Assembly: GCA_963802335.1 (NCBI GenBank)
Contig: CAWDIE010000002.1
Location: forward strand, 172,629-236,628
Reading direction: 5' to 3'
Source of the DNA: an uncultured Planctomycetota bacterium
GTDB lineage: Bacteria > Planctomycetota > PLA2 > JAEUHO01
DNA length: 64,000 bases
In this document: positions 50,320 to 61,606 of the stretch, in pieces
Layout of the letters: every line of letters begins with the position of its first letter
How positions within the stretch are numbered: position 1 is the first letter of the stretch
The notes under the pieces: model-generated
The model's database searches: none
Told to the model about the DNA's origin: nothing
The model's input: only the letters and a program-made list of their open reading frames with translations
Translations under genes and position numbers: made by a program

Positions 50320-52010
50320 GTGCCGCCACCGCCCAGAGCGCCGCCAAGGCGCGAACCAGCGTCTCCTACTGGTCGGTCGTCGGGTCGCAGCTCAAGAAGA
50401 ACCGCATCGCCATGGGGGCGGCGCGCACGGTGGCTGCCCTGGTGGCCATGGCCGTGGGCGCGCCTCTGCTGGCCATGAACGCGCCGCTCGTGGCACTCGA
50501 CGTGACCGGCGTCCACATCCCGCTGCTCACACCCGAGGGCATGGGCGTCCACGCGCCCCTGCTCGACACCCTCTTCAACCGGGATATGTACCCGAGCGGC
50601 GTCGACGTCTTCTTCAACCTGCTCCTCGTGGTCGGTGTTGTGTGGTTCGTTGGCGCGCGCATTCCGGCAGCGCTGCTGCGTCGGAAGGAAGTGGGGCTTC
50701 ACGCCATGGTGAAGCCGCGGTCGCGTCTGGCCGACGGCATGGCGCTGAGCGCCGCTGGTTTGCTCGTCGTGCTCAGCTTCCTGCCCGAAGGCAGCGGTGG
50801 GTGGCCCGTGACGCTGCTAAGGGCCATGGCCTGGATCGTCCTCTTGCCCGCGCTGCCGTGGGCCGGCCCCATCGCTCTGTTTTTCGCCGGCGCTTGGATC
50901 GTCATCGCCGGGCCCGCGTTTCTCGGCTGGCTCCTGATCGCGCTCGCGTTTCCCACGGTGACTGGCCTCGTTCTTCTCGCCTATCTCCTCCTCGGCGCGG
51001 TGACCGGCGCGATCCAGGGCTCCTGGGCCCTCCTCTGGCTCATGCTCCCGGGGGTCGTGGGCGGACTCCTCTGGGTCTACGCTGCGCGCCGATCCGACGA
51101 GGCGCCCGGCGATCTCCGCCGCAGCGATCGGCTGCGGCTGGCGCGTTGGGCGAGCCTGGTCTTGTTCCTGGTCGCGTTCGTCGTGCTGGTTCGCTTTCCC
51201 CAGACGCGGCCCGTCATCGACTGGACGAAGACGCTCGCCACAACCGAGGCCAGGGGCGTAATGCCACCGATTCCCTACCACCCCGACAACGTGGGAGAGC
51301 AGGGGCTCGGGCCGGCGGAGCGTTCCCGGCAGCGGCCGTCCAAGGACCACGTGCTCGGCTGCGACCTGAACGGGCGCGATGTCGCCGCCCGGCTGATCTT
51401 CGGCACCCGCATCTCGCTGACCATCGGACTCGTTGCGGTGTCGCTGTACGTCACCATCGGGGTGATCCTCGGCAGCCTCGCGGGGTACTACGGTGGTTGG
51501 GTCGATATCCTGATCTCGCGCGCCGTCGAGGTGATGATCTGCTTCCCCGTGCTGTTTCTACTGCTCACGATCGTGGCCGTATTCGACACGCGGAGCATCT
51601 TCCTGATCATGGCGGGCATCGGCATCGTGGGATGGCCGACGGTGGCTCGTCTCGTGCGCGGCGAGTTCCTTCGCCAGCGAAACCTCGACTACGTCACCGC
51701 GGCCCAGGCCCAGGGCCTTCCCGAGTGGCGCGTGATCTTTGGGCACGTCCTGCCGAACTGCGTCGGCCCCGTGCTCGTCTCGGCGACGTTCGGCATCGCT
51801 GCCGCGATCTTGACGGAGTCGGGCCTCGCGTTCCTGGGGCTCGGTGACACCACGGCTGCGTCGTGGGGACAGATGCTGAAGGACGGGCGTGACTCTGGTC
51901 TCTGGCACATGATCTTCTCGCCGGGTTTCGCCATCTTCTTCGTCGTGACGGTGTTCAACCTGCTCGGCGAAGGACTCCGCGACGCCCTCGACCCGAAGCT
52001 GAGGAGGTGA
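50316..52010 (+). CDS. Opp/Dpp-type ABC permease (OppC-like) with extra TM helices
   Basis: [29 protein letters not shown] and [11 protein letters not shown] motifs. Confidence 0.92.
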   Translation: MSAATAQSAAKARTSVSYWSVVGSQLKKNRIAMGAARTVAALVAMAVGAPLLAMNAPLVALDVTGVHIPLLTPEGMGVHAPLLDTLFNRDMYPSGVDVFFNLLLVVGVVWFVGARIPAALLRRKEVGLHAMVKPRSRLADGMALSAAGLLVVLSFLPEGSGGWPVTLLRAMAWIVLLPALPWAGPIALFFAGAWIVIAGPAFLGWLLIALAFPTVTGLVLLAYLLLGAVTGAIQGSWALLWLMLPGVVGGLLWVYAARRSDEAPGDLRRSDRLRLARWASLVLFLVAFVVLVRFPQTRPVIDWTKTLATTEARGVMPPIPYHPDNVGEQGLGPAERSRQRPSKDHVLGCDLNGRDVAARLIFGTRISLTIGLVAVSLYVTIGVILGSLAGYYGGWVDILISRAVEVMICFPVLFLLLTIVAVFDTRSIFLIMAGIGIVGWPTVARLVRGEFLRQRNLDYVTAAQAQGLPEWRVIFGHVLPNCVGPVLVSATFGIAAAILTESGLAFLGLGDTTAASWGQMLKDGRDSGLWHMIFSPGFAIFFVVTVFNLLGEGLRDALDPKLRR

Positions 52011-52012
52011 GG

Positions 52013-53044
52013 ATGGCCGAGAACGAGAGAGACGTCCTACTCTCCATCCAGGACCTCCGCACGTGGTTCTTCACCGATGCGGGGGTCGTCAAGGCGGTCG
52101 ACGGCGTGTCTTACGACATTCACCGGGGCCGCACGCTGGGCGTGGTGGGGGAGTCGGGTTGCGGGAAGAGCGTGACCGCGCTCTCCATCATGCGCCTGAT
52201 TCCCGATCCGCCGGGACGCATCGTCGATGGCCGAATCCTCTTCGAGGGGAAGGACCTCACGAAGCTCCCCATGAACGAGATGCGGGACATCCGTGGCGCG
52301 GATATCGGCATGATCTTCCAGGAGCCCATGACCTCGCTGAACCCCGTGTTCACGGTCGGCTACCAGATCATGGAGCCGGCCATGCTCCACCTGGGGGTTT
52401 CCCCGGATGAAGCACGGTCCATGGCGATCGACGTCCTCGACAAGGTGGGGATCCCCGCGCCCGACAAGCGCATCGACGAGTATCCCCACCAGCTGTCCGG
52501 TGGCATGCGTCAGCGCGTGATGATCGCCATGTCGCTCGTCTGCAACCCGAAGCTCCTGATCGCCGACGAGCCGACGACCGCGCTTGATGTGACCATCCAG
52601 GCGCAGATCCTCGACCTGATGCAGCAACTCCAGGACGACCTGGGTATGGCGATTCTCGTGATCACCCACGACCTCGGCGTCGTCGCCGAGGTGTCCCATG
52701 ACGTCGTGGTCATGTACGCCGGGAAGATCGTCGAATACGCCGATGTCATGACGCTCTACGAGGAGCCGCGGCATCCCTACACCATCGGGCTCTTTCACGC
52801 GGTGCCGAAGCTGGGCGCCCACCAGACGCGGCTCGACACGATCGCCGGCGAGGTACCCAATCCGCTCGATTTTCCCTCGGGCTGCAAGTTCCACCCCCGC
52901 TGCCCGTTTGCCTTCGACCGGTGCAAGGAGGAGGAACCCCCGCTCACGGAGCTCGACAGCGGACACAGCGCCGCCTGCTGGATGATCGAGGAAGGGCGGA
53001 CGGCCGAGCTGGGCGACCGCAAGGCATGGGAGGGACGGTCGTGA
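52013..53044 (+). CDS. oppD: Oligopeptide ABC transporter ATP-binding protein
   Basis: [28 protein letters not shown] and GCKFHPRC motifs. Confidence 0.92.
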   Translation: MAENERDVLLSIQDLRTWFFTDAGVVKAVDGVSYDIHRGRTLGVVGESGCGKSVTALSIMRLIPDPPGRIVDGRILFEGKDLTKLPMNEMRDIRGADIGMIFQEPMTSLNPVFTVGYQIMEPAMLHLGVSPDEARSMAIDVLDKVGIPAPDKRIDEYPHQLSGGMRQRVMIAMSLVCNPKLLIADEPTTALDVTIQAQILDLMQQLQDDLGMAILVITHDLGVVAEVSHDVVVMYAGKIVEYADVMTLYEEPRHPYTIGLFHAVPKLGAHQTRLDTIAGEVPNPLDFPSGCKFHPRCPFAFDRCKEEEPPLTELDSGHSAACWMIEEGRTAELGDRKAWEGRS

Positions 53045-54120
53045 CCCAGGCGACGGACACGCGCGCGGGCGCCGATCAGCCGCCCTCTGCGACGGGCGAG
53101 CCCCTCCTCTACGTGAAGGCCCTGCGCAAGTGGTTCCCCGTCAAGCAGGGGCTCTTCTCCCGGACGGTCGGCCAGGTGAAGGCCGTCGACGACATCGACC
53201 TCCACGTGCGACGCGGTGAAACGCTCGGCCTGGTGGGCGAATCCGGCTGTGGGAAGACCACCGCGGGCCGCTCGATCCTCCGGCTCATCGAGCCTACGGC
53301 GGGGACGATCCGCTTCGAGGGCGAGGATGTGCGCGCAGCCTCCGGTCTCGAGCTTCGCAAGCTCCGCCGGCGCATGCAGATCATCTTCCAGGACCCCTAC
53401 TCATCGCTCAATCCGCGAAAGACGGTGCTCGACATCGTCGGCGAAGGCATGCGCGTGCACGGTCTGGCCCGCGGCCCGGAGGTCCAGGTCCGTGTCGAGG
53501 ATCTCTTGGATCAGGTCGGGCTGTTTCGCCGGCACGTCACGCGCTATCCGCACGAGTTCTCCGGCGGGCAGCGTCAGCGCATCGGGATCGCGCGGGCGCT
53601 CGCGCTCGAGCCCGAGTTCATCGTCTGCGACGAGGCCATCTCGGCGCTGGACGTGTCCGTGCAGGCGCAGGTGATCAATCTGCTGCGGGAGCTCCAGCAG
53701 CAGCACAACCTCGCCTACCTCTTCATCGCGCATGATTTGTCCGTGGTGGAGTTCCTCGCCGACCGCGTCGCCGTCATGTACCTGGGACGCATCGTGGAGA
53801 CCGCGCTCTCGGCGGACCTCTTCCGGGATCCGATCCACCCCTACACCAAGGCGCTCTTCAGCGCCGTGCCCATTGCCGATCCGCGTCGGAAGAAGGAGCG
53901 CATCCTCCTGCCCGGCGATCCGCCGAGTCCACTCAACCCGCCTACCGGATGCCGCTTTCATCCGCGCTGTCCGATCGCCGAGCTGCCCCTCTGCGCCGAG
54001 GTCGATCCGCCGGCCGTACAAGCCGGGGAAGGGCACGTGTTCCACTGCCACGTGGAGCAGCGCGACCGCAAGCTGGACCCCGTGACGGAGACCCCGCCCG
54101 CGCCGGCAACAACCCCATGA
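53041..54120 (+). CDS. oppF: Oligopeptide ABC transporter ATP-binding protein
   Basis: [29 protein letters not shown] and GCRFHPRC motifs. Confidence 0.92.
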   Translation: MTQATDTRAGADQPPSATGEPLLYVKALRKWFPVKQGLFSRTVGQVKAVDDIDLHVRRGETLGLVGESGCGKTTAGRSILRLIEPTAGTIRFEGEDVRAASGLELRKLRRRMQIIFQDPYSSLNPRKTVLDIVGEGMRVHGLARGPEVQVRVEDLLDQVGLFRRHVTRYPHEFSGGQRQRIGIARALALEPEFIVCDEAISALDVSVQAQVINLLRELQQQHNLAYLFIAHDLSVVEFLADRVAVMYLGRIVETALSADLFRDPIHPYTKALFSAVPIADPRRKKERILLPGDPPSPLNPPTGCRFHPRCPIAELPLCAEVDPPAVQAGEGHVFHCHVEQRDRKLDPVTETPPAPATTP

Positions 54121-54256
54121 CGGTGCGGTTGTAGCAACCCTGCGACGGTGGGCATTCCCCCTTCGCGTACGCCTCGCAAGCGTGCGGACTCGACGCACCG
54201 CATCGACGACGAGGCAGCCCCGCTTGCCGCAGCTCGTCGCGACCTCCGTTGGCGCG

Positions 54257-54874
54257 CTACTCGACCGTGCAGCGGGCTCGGCCGGAGGTCGCATCGGCGA
54301 TCGCCCGGAGGAACGACGCCACCTGGGCGACCGGTACGTCGACGACGAAACGGGCCTCGGCGCCGTACTGCGCGTCCCGGGGCTCGAGCCGGGCCCCATG
54401 TAGGACGCCCTTCACGGCCCCGGAGAGATCGTAGGCGTGCGCGATCTGCACGGCTTGGGTCAGCAAGCGGACGGTGATCTCCGCGTGTTCGAGTACCTCC
54501 GCCGCGGCGCCGCCGTAGGCCCGAGCGAGGCCACCGACACCGAGCTTCGTGCCCCCGAAGATGCGGCTCACGACGACGGCCGTGCGTGTCAGCTCGAGCC
54601 GGTCGATCTGCATCAGGATGGGCTTGCCGGCGCTGCCGGACGGCTCCCCGTCGTCGCTGTAGCGGAAGCGCTCTCGGTCGATGCCCAGTCGCCAGGCGTA
54701 GGCGTGGTGGTTGGCGGTGGGGAACTGGGTTCGGGCGGCCGCGAGCAGCGCTGCAACGTCGTGTTCGTCCGTGATGGGGGCGGCCGTCGCGATATGGCGC
54801 GAACCCTTGATCTTGGCGGGTTCGTGCTGGATCTGTGCGACCACGGTTCGGAAGGAACGCGGCGTCGAGGACAT
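54257..54874 (-). CDS. yigZ: YigZ/IMPACT family protein
   Basis: KGSR, ANHHAYAW, SDDGEPSGSAGKP and FGGTKLGVGGLARAY motifs. Confidence 0.92.
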   Translation of the reverse strand: MSSTPRSFRTVVAQIQHEPAKIKGSRHIATAAPITDEHDVAALLAAARTQFPTANHHAYAWRLGIDRERFRYSDDGEPSGSAGKPILMQIDRLELTRTAVVVSRIFGGTKLGVGGLARAYGGAAAEVLEHAEITVRLLTQAVQIAHAYDLSGAVKGVLHGARLEPRDAQYGAEARFVVDVPVAQVASFLRAIADATSGRARCTVE

Positions 54875-55140
54875 CAGGCGGCTCCGTGTCAGGGAGAGTG
54901 TGACCGGGAGATCGGGTCCCTGTCTCGTTCCACTTCTTCGTGGCCCTGTGGTTCGGCTTCGAGCGCCCCACGCCGCCGAGGAAGGGCCGGCAAGATCCCT
55001 CGCAGGCGGCGACCCCGCACTGGTGCTTGCCGGTCGCTTTCGCCGGCCCGATCGAGTGGAATCGTTCTGGCCGGAAGCGGCCTGCGGGCGACGGTCCCCC
55101 ATCCGCGGGCGTGCGACGTTCTCAAGACCAGGAGGCCGCC

Positions 55141-57117
55141 ATGCGATTTGCCGCGATCTCACTCGCCGTCCTTTTCCTTGCCGGGGCCGCGCAGGCCGCG
55201 CCCGGGGAGGGCCGGCCCTACGACGGCCACCTGCCCGACGCCGCGCCCGAGCACGTCGCCGTCGTACAGGTGCTCGACGGCTTGTCCGGGCGGCCGATCG
55301 AGGGGGTCTCCGTGCGGTGCTACCTCGAGTGGGCGGGTACGGGCTTCGTCCGCGCAGAGCTCTTGGGACAGACGGCCACGGATGCCTTCGGCCTGGCGTC
55401 GATTGCCCGGGCGCTGCCGGCCGGCGACGCGCACTGGGTCTTCGACCGGGCGGGGTACGCCGTGCACGAGGCGTATGGGAGCTTCCCGCCGGACCGGGTC
55501 TGGCTGCTTCCGGGACGCGAAGCGGTCGCTCGCCTCGTCGATCCGTTCGGTCGTCCGGCCGCGGGCGTCGAGGTGAACATGATCCTCGGCTGCGGCCACA
55601 GCCCTGCGGTTCGCACGGTACGTACGAATGCCGAGGGCGTCTTCCGGTTCCGAGACGTCGATCCGGGAGCCGGGCGGGCGTGGATCCGGATGGCGGGCGC
55701 GATGGCCGACTACTTCGACGTTCCCGCGCAAGGTGGCGTCCTGACGACGGACCCCGGGACATCGATCCGGGGCACCGTCGTGGACGGAGAGGGGGAGCCC
55801 GTCGCCGACGTCGTCGTCGCGTCGCTGCAGCGTCAGCGGGGGCCCACGGCCCTCAGCGACGGGACGGGACGCTTCCGCCTCGCCAGTCTGGAGCCCGAGG
55901 GCGAGGTCTGGTTCTTCCACGAGAGCTGGCGCGGCGGAGACCAACCGTTTCTCGTCCTGACCGACGTCGATCTACCGGCGATTCCCGGCGCCCGGCCTCC
56001 GCTCCGGATCGTCCTTCCGCCCGCGACGGTCGAGGACGAGGACGAGTACCGGTCATTCCTCGACCCGGCTGCGTTTCCCGTCCCGATCCGCGTCCTCCAC
56101 GCGACGTCCGGAAACGAGATGCCCGATGTGTCCTTGATCCTGCTGTCCCAGCGCACCGGCCTCGGCACCATCGACGAAGAGGAACTCGACGACGCGTACG
56201 ATCCCACCGGGCGCCGCGTCATCCGCGTGGGCCCCGGGAGATACGTCGCCGCCTCCGCTTCACCGTTCGAGCCGTACCGCATCGACCTCCCGACGCCGGT
56301 GGAGATCTCGGTTGAGCAGACGCAACCGATCACGGCGAATGCGGTCGCGCAACCGATCCTCGCGTTCGAAGGAGTGACGGCTGCGATGGGAGACTGGGAC
56401 TTCCACCTCGTGCTTACGTACGCAAGCCTGTCCGTCGATCCCTTCGAGGAGGACGAGAAGGTCCACCTCCCGCCCGACGACGCCGCCACCGTCCGTGTGT
56501 GGAACGGGGCCTCCGTCCGCTGGTTCCCGGTCGAGGCCGCAAGAGGAGGCGTCCGCAAGGTGGCGATCGGCGAGATCCCCTCGCCGGAACCCGTCGAGGA
56601 AGACGAATGCGGTCCGTCGAACGGGGTGGGGGAACTCCGCCTGCTCGACGCGTCAGGAGAGCCGATCGCCGGGCGGGCGGCTCGAATCGAACGCCGCAAT
56701 TATGCGAGTTGGGGGAGAACGGACGAGGACGGGTGGTTTGGCTCGATCGGCCAGTCGGCCTCCGGCCCTGGGTTCTTCTCTCTGCCCGCCACGTCCGTCG
56801 CGCCGCCGTTCGTTCTCGAGGTGGAGGGCTACGTCACGCGGGTCGTGACGGTGGAGACATCCGGCAACGTGACCTTGCGCTATCCCGCCGGTGAGATCGA
56901 GTTGAGCGTCGTCGATGCCGACGGCACGCCGCTCGACTTCGGTTGGTGCGTGGACGGCATGACGGGCGAGGGGCATGGGGGGAGACTCATGCTCGGCGGG
57001 GTCGAAGCGGGGCGGCGGAAGGTCGTGGTCGGGGCGGCGGGGTACCGCTCACAGCTCTTCGTCGTGGATGCACCGGAAGAGGGAGTACGTGTCGTGCGGG
57101 CCGTGCTGCGGCCGTAG
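55141..57117 (+). CDS. Secreted protein with carboxypeptidase-regulatory-like (prealbumin-fold) domains
   Basis: AGGAGG RBS; signal peptide; repeated GxVVDxxGxPxxG and TDxxGxF strands. Confidence 0.78.
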   Translation: MRFAAISLAVLFLAGAAQAAPGEGRPYDGHLPDAAPEHVAVVQVLDGLSGRPIEGVSVRCYLEWAGTGFVRAELLGQTATDAFGLASIARALPAGDAHWVFDRAGYAVHEAYGSFPPDRVWLLPGREAVARLVDPFGRPAAGVEVNMILGCGHSPAVRTVRTNAEGVFRFRDVDPGAGRAWIRMAGAMADYFDVPAQGGVLTTDPGTSIRGTVVDGEGEPVADVVVASLQRQRGPTALSDGTGRFRLASLEPEGEVWFFHESWRGGDQPFLVLTDVDLPAIPGARPPLRIVLPPATVEDEDEYRSFLDPAAFPVPIRVLHATSGNEMPDVSLILLSQRTGLGTIDEEELDDAYDPTGRRVIRVGPGRYVAASASPFEPYRIDLPTPVEISVEQTQPITANAVAQPILAFEGVTAAMGDWDFHLVLTYASLSVDPFEEDEKVHLPPDDAATVRVWNGASVRWFPVEAARGGVRKVAIGEIPSPEPVEEDECGPSNGVGELRLLDASGEPIAGRAARIERRNYASWGRTDEDGWFGSIGQSASGPGFFSLPATSVAPPFVLEVEGYVTRVVTVETSGNVTLRYPAGEIELSVVDADGTPLDFGWCVDGMTGEGHGGRLMLGGVEAGRRKVVVGAAGYRSQLFVVDAPEEGVRVVRAVLRP

Positions 57118-57180
57118 TTCCCCAGCATGGGGCACCGTACCTCGTGCCTCTTCGGGGCCCTACCCCGTAGACTCGTGACC

Positions 57181-58281
57181 ATGCCCACCCCCCGCGTCCT
57201 CGAGCCGTACACGTTTCCCCGCACAGGACACCGGGCGAAGAATCGCCTCGTTCTCGCGGCGATGACGAACATGCAGAGCCACGACGACGGCACGCTCGGC
57301 GACGACGAGCTGGCGTGGCTCGCTGCGCGGGGACACTTCGGCGTCGTGACGACCTGCGCCGCACACGTCGCCATCGACGGTCAGGGATGGGACGGGGAAC
57401 TGGGCGTGTTCGACGATGCGCACCTCCCCGGCCTCACGCGGCTGTCCGCGGCCCTTCGAGCGGCGGGGGCGCTCTCGTGGGTGCAGATCTTCCACGGGGG
57501 CGTTCGGGCGCCGTCTCGGTTGACCGGGCAGCAGCCCATGAGCGCGAGCGACTTCGAACTCGACGCCCCTGGGTTCGAGCGCCCACGCGCGGCGACCGAG
57601 GAGGACATCGAACGCACGATTGGCGCGTTCGGTGCCGCGGCCCGTCGCTGCGCTGAGGCCGGCTTCGACGGCGTCGAGATCCACGGCGCGCACGGCTACC
57701 TCATCACGCAGTTCTTGGGCACCGTGTCGAACACCCGGGACGACGCCTGGGGCGGTTCGCTCGAGGGGCGCGCGCGCTTCGCCCGCGAGGTGGTAAGGGC
57801 CGTGCAGGCCGCGACGCCCGAGGGCTTTCTCGTCGGCATCCGGATCTCGCCCGAGCTTCCCGAGCAGGGGGTCGAGCTCGACGACGCGCTCCAGGTCGCG
57901 CGGTGGCTTGCCGACGACGGCGTCGACTTCCTGCACGTCTCCAACTGGGACAGCTTCCAGCCCCCGAAGGCTCATCCCGAGAGCGACAAGCCGCTGACGA
58001 CGTGGTTTCGGGATGCCGTGGGTCCGACGGTCCCGCTCGTCGCCACGGGTGGGGTCTGGACGCCGGGGCAGGCCGACGCCGTCCTCGAGCACGGTGCCGA
58101 CCTCGTCGGCCTCGGCCGGGCGGCGATCGGCAACGCCGCCTGGCCGAGGGACGCCGCCGATGGCGACTGGACGCCGGCGCGTCCGCCGTACACGCCCGAG
58201 CACCTGCGCGGCCAGGCCGTGGGCGAGAAGCTCCTGGGGTACATGCGGAAGTGGCCGGGCTTCGTGTCCGACGGGTCGTAG
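57181..58281 (+). CDS. NADH:flavin oxidoreductase (Old Yellow Enzyme family)
   Basis: KNRLVLAAMT, AGFDGVEIHGAHGYL and WGGSLEGR motifs. Confidence 0.93.
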   Translation: MPTPRVLEPYTFPRTGHRAKNRLVLAAMTNMQSHDDGTLGDDELAWLAARGHFGVVTTCAAHVAIDGQGWDGELGVFDDAHLPGLTRLSAALRAAGALSWVQIFHGGVRAPSRLTGQQPMSASDFELDAPGFERPRAATEEDIERTIGAFGAAARRCAEAGFDGVEIHGAHGYLITQFLGTVSNTRDDAWGGSLEGRARFAREVVRAVQAATPEGFLVGIRISPELPEQGVELDDALQVARWLADDGVDFLHVSNWDSFQPPKAHPESDKPLTTWFRDAVGPTVPLVATGGVWTPGQADAVLEHGADLVGLGRAAIGNAAWPRDAADGDWTPARPPYTPEHLRGQAVGEKLLGYMRKWPGFVSDGS

Positions 58282-58418
58282 GCGAGGCCCCTCCCCCGCG
58301 GTTCGCCGGGCGGGGGCTTGCGAATACCCCTGGGCGCGGCTCCCGTGTAGCCGGCCGAAGTTGGCGGACCGGTGACTGGCACCGTACTGCCGTTATGGAG
58401 GTATGCTCGCCCTCGGCC

Positions 58419-59906
58419 ATGGCACCCACCGACCCGGAAGAGAGCGCCGCTTCGCGACTCCGCCGCGCGGTCGTCAAGGTGTTGACCGTCATCGACCCGC
58501 CGGATTACGACCAGCCGTGGCAGACCCGCGGCGTCATGAACGTCACCGGGTCCGGCGCCATCGTGAAGACGACGGACGGTCCGCGCATCGTGACCAACGC
58601 GCACGTCGTCGAGGGCCACGTCTTCGTCGAGGTGCGTCGCTATGGCGATGCGCGCAAATTCGTTGCGGACGTCGTCGGCATGTCGACGCACGCCGATCTC
58701 GCCCTCCTTCGGGTCGACGACGAAGCCTTCTTCCAGGGAATCGAGCCCATTCCCCTGGGGGCGCTGCCGGCGCTCGGGGACCGCGTCACGGTGTTGGGCT
58801 TCCCCATCGGCGGCGACCGTCTCTCGGTGACCGAGGGGGTCGTCTCTCGCATCGAGATGACCACCTACGCGCAGAGTCAGCGCAACCTGCTCGCCATCCA
58901 GATCGACGCGGCCATCAACGCCGGCAACAGCGGGGGACCGGTCGTGCGCGACGGGAAGCTCGTGGGCATCGCCTTCCAGGCCTTGGAGGACGCCGCCGAC
59001 ATCGGCTACGTCATCCCGGCGTCCACGGTGCGGCACGTGCTGCGGGACATCCAGGATGGTGCGATGGATGGGTTCCCCTCGCTCGGCGTGCGCATCCAGA
59101 CGCTCGAGTCCCCTCCGCAGCGGCGTTCGCTGGGTCTCGACCCCAACGGGGACGGCGTCCTCGTTCGGCACGTGGAGTTCGAAGGCAGCGCCTGGAAACG
59201 GCTGACGGTGGGGGATGTGCTGCTGGCGGCCGATGGCGTCGCCGTCGCGCCGGATGGCACCATTCCGTTTCGGGGTGCGGAACGCATCGAGTACCTCCAC
59301 CTCTCGGCGCAACGGGAAGTGGGTGAGCGGATGAGCGTACTCGTCCATCGCGCCGGCAAGCGACAAGAGGTAGAGCTGGTCCTACGTCGCCCCCGTCTGC
59401 TTGTGTCCGAAGACGATGCCACCACGAAACCGCGCTACTTCATCTTTGCGGGGCTCCTCTTCGTGCCTCTCTCCCGGGGGTACCTGGAAACCTGGGGAGA
59501 GGACTGGACGACGCGTGCCCCCGCCCCCTTCGTGTCGCTCTACGAGTCGGGCAAGCGGTCGCAGCGCACCCAGGAAGTGGTGGTGCTTCAGAAGGTCCTC
59601 GCGGACCAGCTGAACCGCGGCTACCACGACACCGAGAGCGTCGCGGTGGAGCGCGTTCAGGGACGTGGTGTGAGGAGCCTCGCGCATCTCGTGAATCTCG
59701 TGCAGAAGGCCGAGGGGGAGTTCGTGACCTTCGATCTGTACGACGGTCGGCGGGTGGTGATCGACCGGGTCGTAGCCGTCAAGCGGGGGGCTGAGCTCCT
59801 CGAGCGCTACGGTGTACCCCGCCCGCGCAGCGCGCGGGTCCGTGCCCGCGCCGCGCGGTCGCGCGCGCGGGCGCCGAAGAAGCGCGGACGGGGAAGGAAG
59901 CGGTGA
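58419..59906 (+). CDS. Deg/HtrA-like serine protease with PDZ domains, no signal peptide
   Basis: Triad motifs TNAHVV, ADLALL and NAGNSGGP; second PDZ-like region PRYFIFAGLLFVPLS as in Deg2-type proteases; basic tail. Confidence 0.9.
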   Translation: MAPTDPEESAASRLRRAVVKVLTVIDPPDYDQPWQTRGVMNVTGSGAIVKTTDGPRIVTNAHVVEGHVFVEVRRYGDARKFVADVVGMSTHADLALLRVDDEAFFQGIEPIPLGALPALGDRVTVLGFPIGGDRLSVTEGVVSRIEMTTYAQSQRNLLAIQIDAAINAGNSGGPVVRDGKLVGIAFQALEDAADIGYVIPASTVRHVLRDIQDGAMDGFPSLGVRIQTLESPPQRRSLGLDPNGDGVLVRHVEFEGSAWKRLTVGDVLLAADGVAVAPDGTIPFRGAERIEYLHLSAQREVGERMSVLVHRAGKRQEVELVLRRPRLLVSEDDATTKPRYFIFAGLLFVPLSRGYLETWGEDWTTRAPAPFVSLYESGKRSQRTQEVVVLQKVLADQLNRGYHDTESVAVERVQGRGVRSLAHLVNLVQKAEGEFVTFDLYDGRRVVIDRVVAVKRGAELLERYGVPRPRSARVRARAARSRARAPKKRGRGRKR

Positions 59907-61063
59907 GCGCTGCGAAACAGAGCGTCCTCGTGCTCGGCGCAGGGCGCGTCGGAGCCGAGGTCGCGCGCGACCTCGCGACGACCTTTGCCGTCGCTTCGGC
60001 CGACCGCGATGAAGCTCGACTCCGGGAGGCGCTGGGCGGCAGCCCGGTGGACCTCCTCCCGGTGGAGGTGGGCGACCCGTCGGCGCTCGAATCCCTGGCT
60101 GCGCCCTACGACTATGTGGTGGACGCCCTGCCCGGCTTCCTCGGCTTTCGAACGCTCGAGACGCTCCTCACGATCCGCAAGAACGTCGTCGACATCGCCT
60201 TTGCGCCTGAGGATCCCTTCGCCCTGGACGCGTTGGCGCGAAGGCACGCCGCCACCGCGATCGTCGACATGGGCGTCGCGCCCGGCATGAGCAACGCGAT
60301 CCTCGGGCACGTGAGGAGTCGCTGGCGTGCGGTCGAACACTTCGAGTGCCTCGTGGGCGGCCTCCCCGTCGTGCGGACCTGGCCCTTCGAGTACAAGGCG
60401 CCCTTCTCCCCGGCCGACGTGCTGGAGGAGTACACGCGCCCGGCTCGGTACGTCGAGCAGGGGCGCCTGGTCACGCGGGCGGCCCTCACCGACATCGAGC
60501 GGATCGAGGTCGACGGCGTGGGCACGCTGGAGAGCTTCAACACCGACGGGCTCCGCACGCTGCTGCGCCTGGGGGACGTCCCCTTCATGAAGGAGAAGAC
60601 GCTCCGCTATCCCGGCCACGCTCGCCTGATGGAGGCCCTCCGTGAGGCGGGCTTGCTCGATCCGGAGCCTCGCTGGGTCGGCGAGAGCAGGGTTGCGCCA
60701 AGGGACGTCACCGCCGCCGTGCTGGAAGAAGCGTGGCGGCTCGACGAAGGCGAGAGCGAGCTCACGGTCATGCGCGTGACGCTCCGGGGGGTGGATGAGG
60801 ACGGACGCGACGTCGAGCAGGTCTGGCGCCTGCTGGATCGGGGAGACGCCGCGCGCGGCGTCTCCAGCATGGCGCGCACGACCGGCTACGCCTGTACGGC
60901 CGCCCTGCACCTCCTCGCCCGGGGCGACACCCCCGGCCCGGGCATCCTCGCGCCCGAGGACCTTGCCTCCGACGCCGACGCCTTCGCCTCTCTGCTCGCC
61001 TACCAGGCCGAGCGGGGCGTTGCCTACGACGTCGAGACGACGTACGCCAGCGATAGTCAATAG
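59903..61063 (+). CDS. Saccharopine dehydrogenase / lysine 6-dehydrogenase family protein
   Basis: LGAGRVG, GVAPGMSN, EKTLRYPGH and SMARTTG motifs. Confidence 0.9.
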   Translation: MSAAKQSVLVLGAGRVGAEVARDLATTFAVASADRDEARLREALGGSPVDLLPVEVGDPSALESLAAPYDYVVDALPGFLGFRTLETLLTIRKNVVDIAFAPEDPFALDALARRHAATAIVDMGVAPGMSNAILGHVRSRWRAVEHFECLVGGLPVVRTWPFEYKAPFSPADVLEEYTRPARYVEQGRLVTRAALTDIERIEVDGVGTLESFNTDGLRTLLRLGDVPFMKEKTLRYPGHARLMEALREAGLLDPEPRWVGESRVAPRDVTAAVLEEAWRLDEGESELTVMRVTLRGVDEDGRDVEQVWRLLDRGDAARGVSSMARTTGYACTAALHLLARGDTPGPGILAPEDLASDADAFASLLAYQAERGVAYDVETTYASDSQ

Positions 61064-61155
61064 GCTGCGCAAATCGATAGGCATCACATGAGTTCGGCGT
61101 GCCTATCTTTGGCTCCAGCGATCATGAGGCCTCGTACTACAGAGGAACCAAGATC

Positions 61156-61521
61156 ATGAATGCCGAAGCCGCACGTCGCACTTCGCACCGCTTCGCTACG
61201 CGACGGGTCCTGCGCATCGTCGGTCGCATCGTCCTGCTGGCCTGGGCGGGGTTCTGGACGTGGTTCAACCTCGCCTCGCTCATCGGCGAGATGGCCGACC
61301 TCGGCGTCTGGATCAACCACGGCCTCCTCGCCGCCGTGATCGTGGCCGTCACCGTGCTCGCCTTCCTGTGGCCCCGCGTCGGGGGGATTGCGCTGCTGGT
61401 GCTGACCGTGGGGCTCGCCGTCTTCTTCCGCGGGGTCGAGCCCTTCGTCGCGCTGATCTTCCTCGCGCCCCCGGCTGTGGCCGGATTGCTCACCCTGGTG
61501 ACCGCTCCCCGCGGTCCGTAG
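61156..61521 (+). CDS. Small hypothetical membrane protein
   Basis: Four hydrophobic segments; GAGG RBS. Confidence 0.65.
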   Translation: MNAEAARRTSHRFATRRVLRIVGRIVLLAWAGFWTWFNLASLIGEMADLGVWINHGLLAAVIVAVTVLAFLWPRVGGIALLVLTVGLAVFFRGVEPFVALIFLAPPAVAGLLTLVTAPRGP

Positions 61522-61528
61522 GACCGAC

Positions 61529-61567
61529 AAAAAAGGCGCCCGCGTCCCTGATGGGGACGCGGGCGCC
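61529..61567 (-). terminator. Rho-independent terminator of the OTR gene
   Basis: 14-bp stem GGCGCCCGCGTCCC/GGGACGCGGGCGCC followed by T6 on the minus strand. Confidence 0.88.
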
Positions 61568-61606
61568 GGCGCGGGAAGGACGGCCTCCCCGGGAGCGTTG
61601 CGGAAG

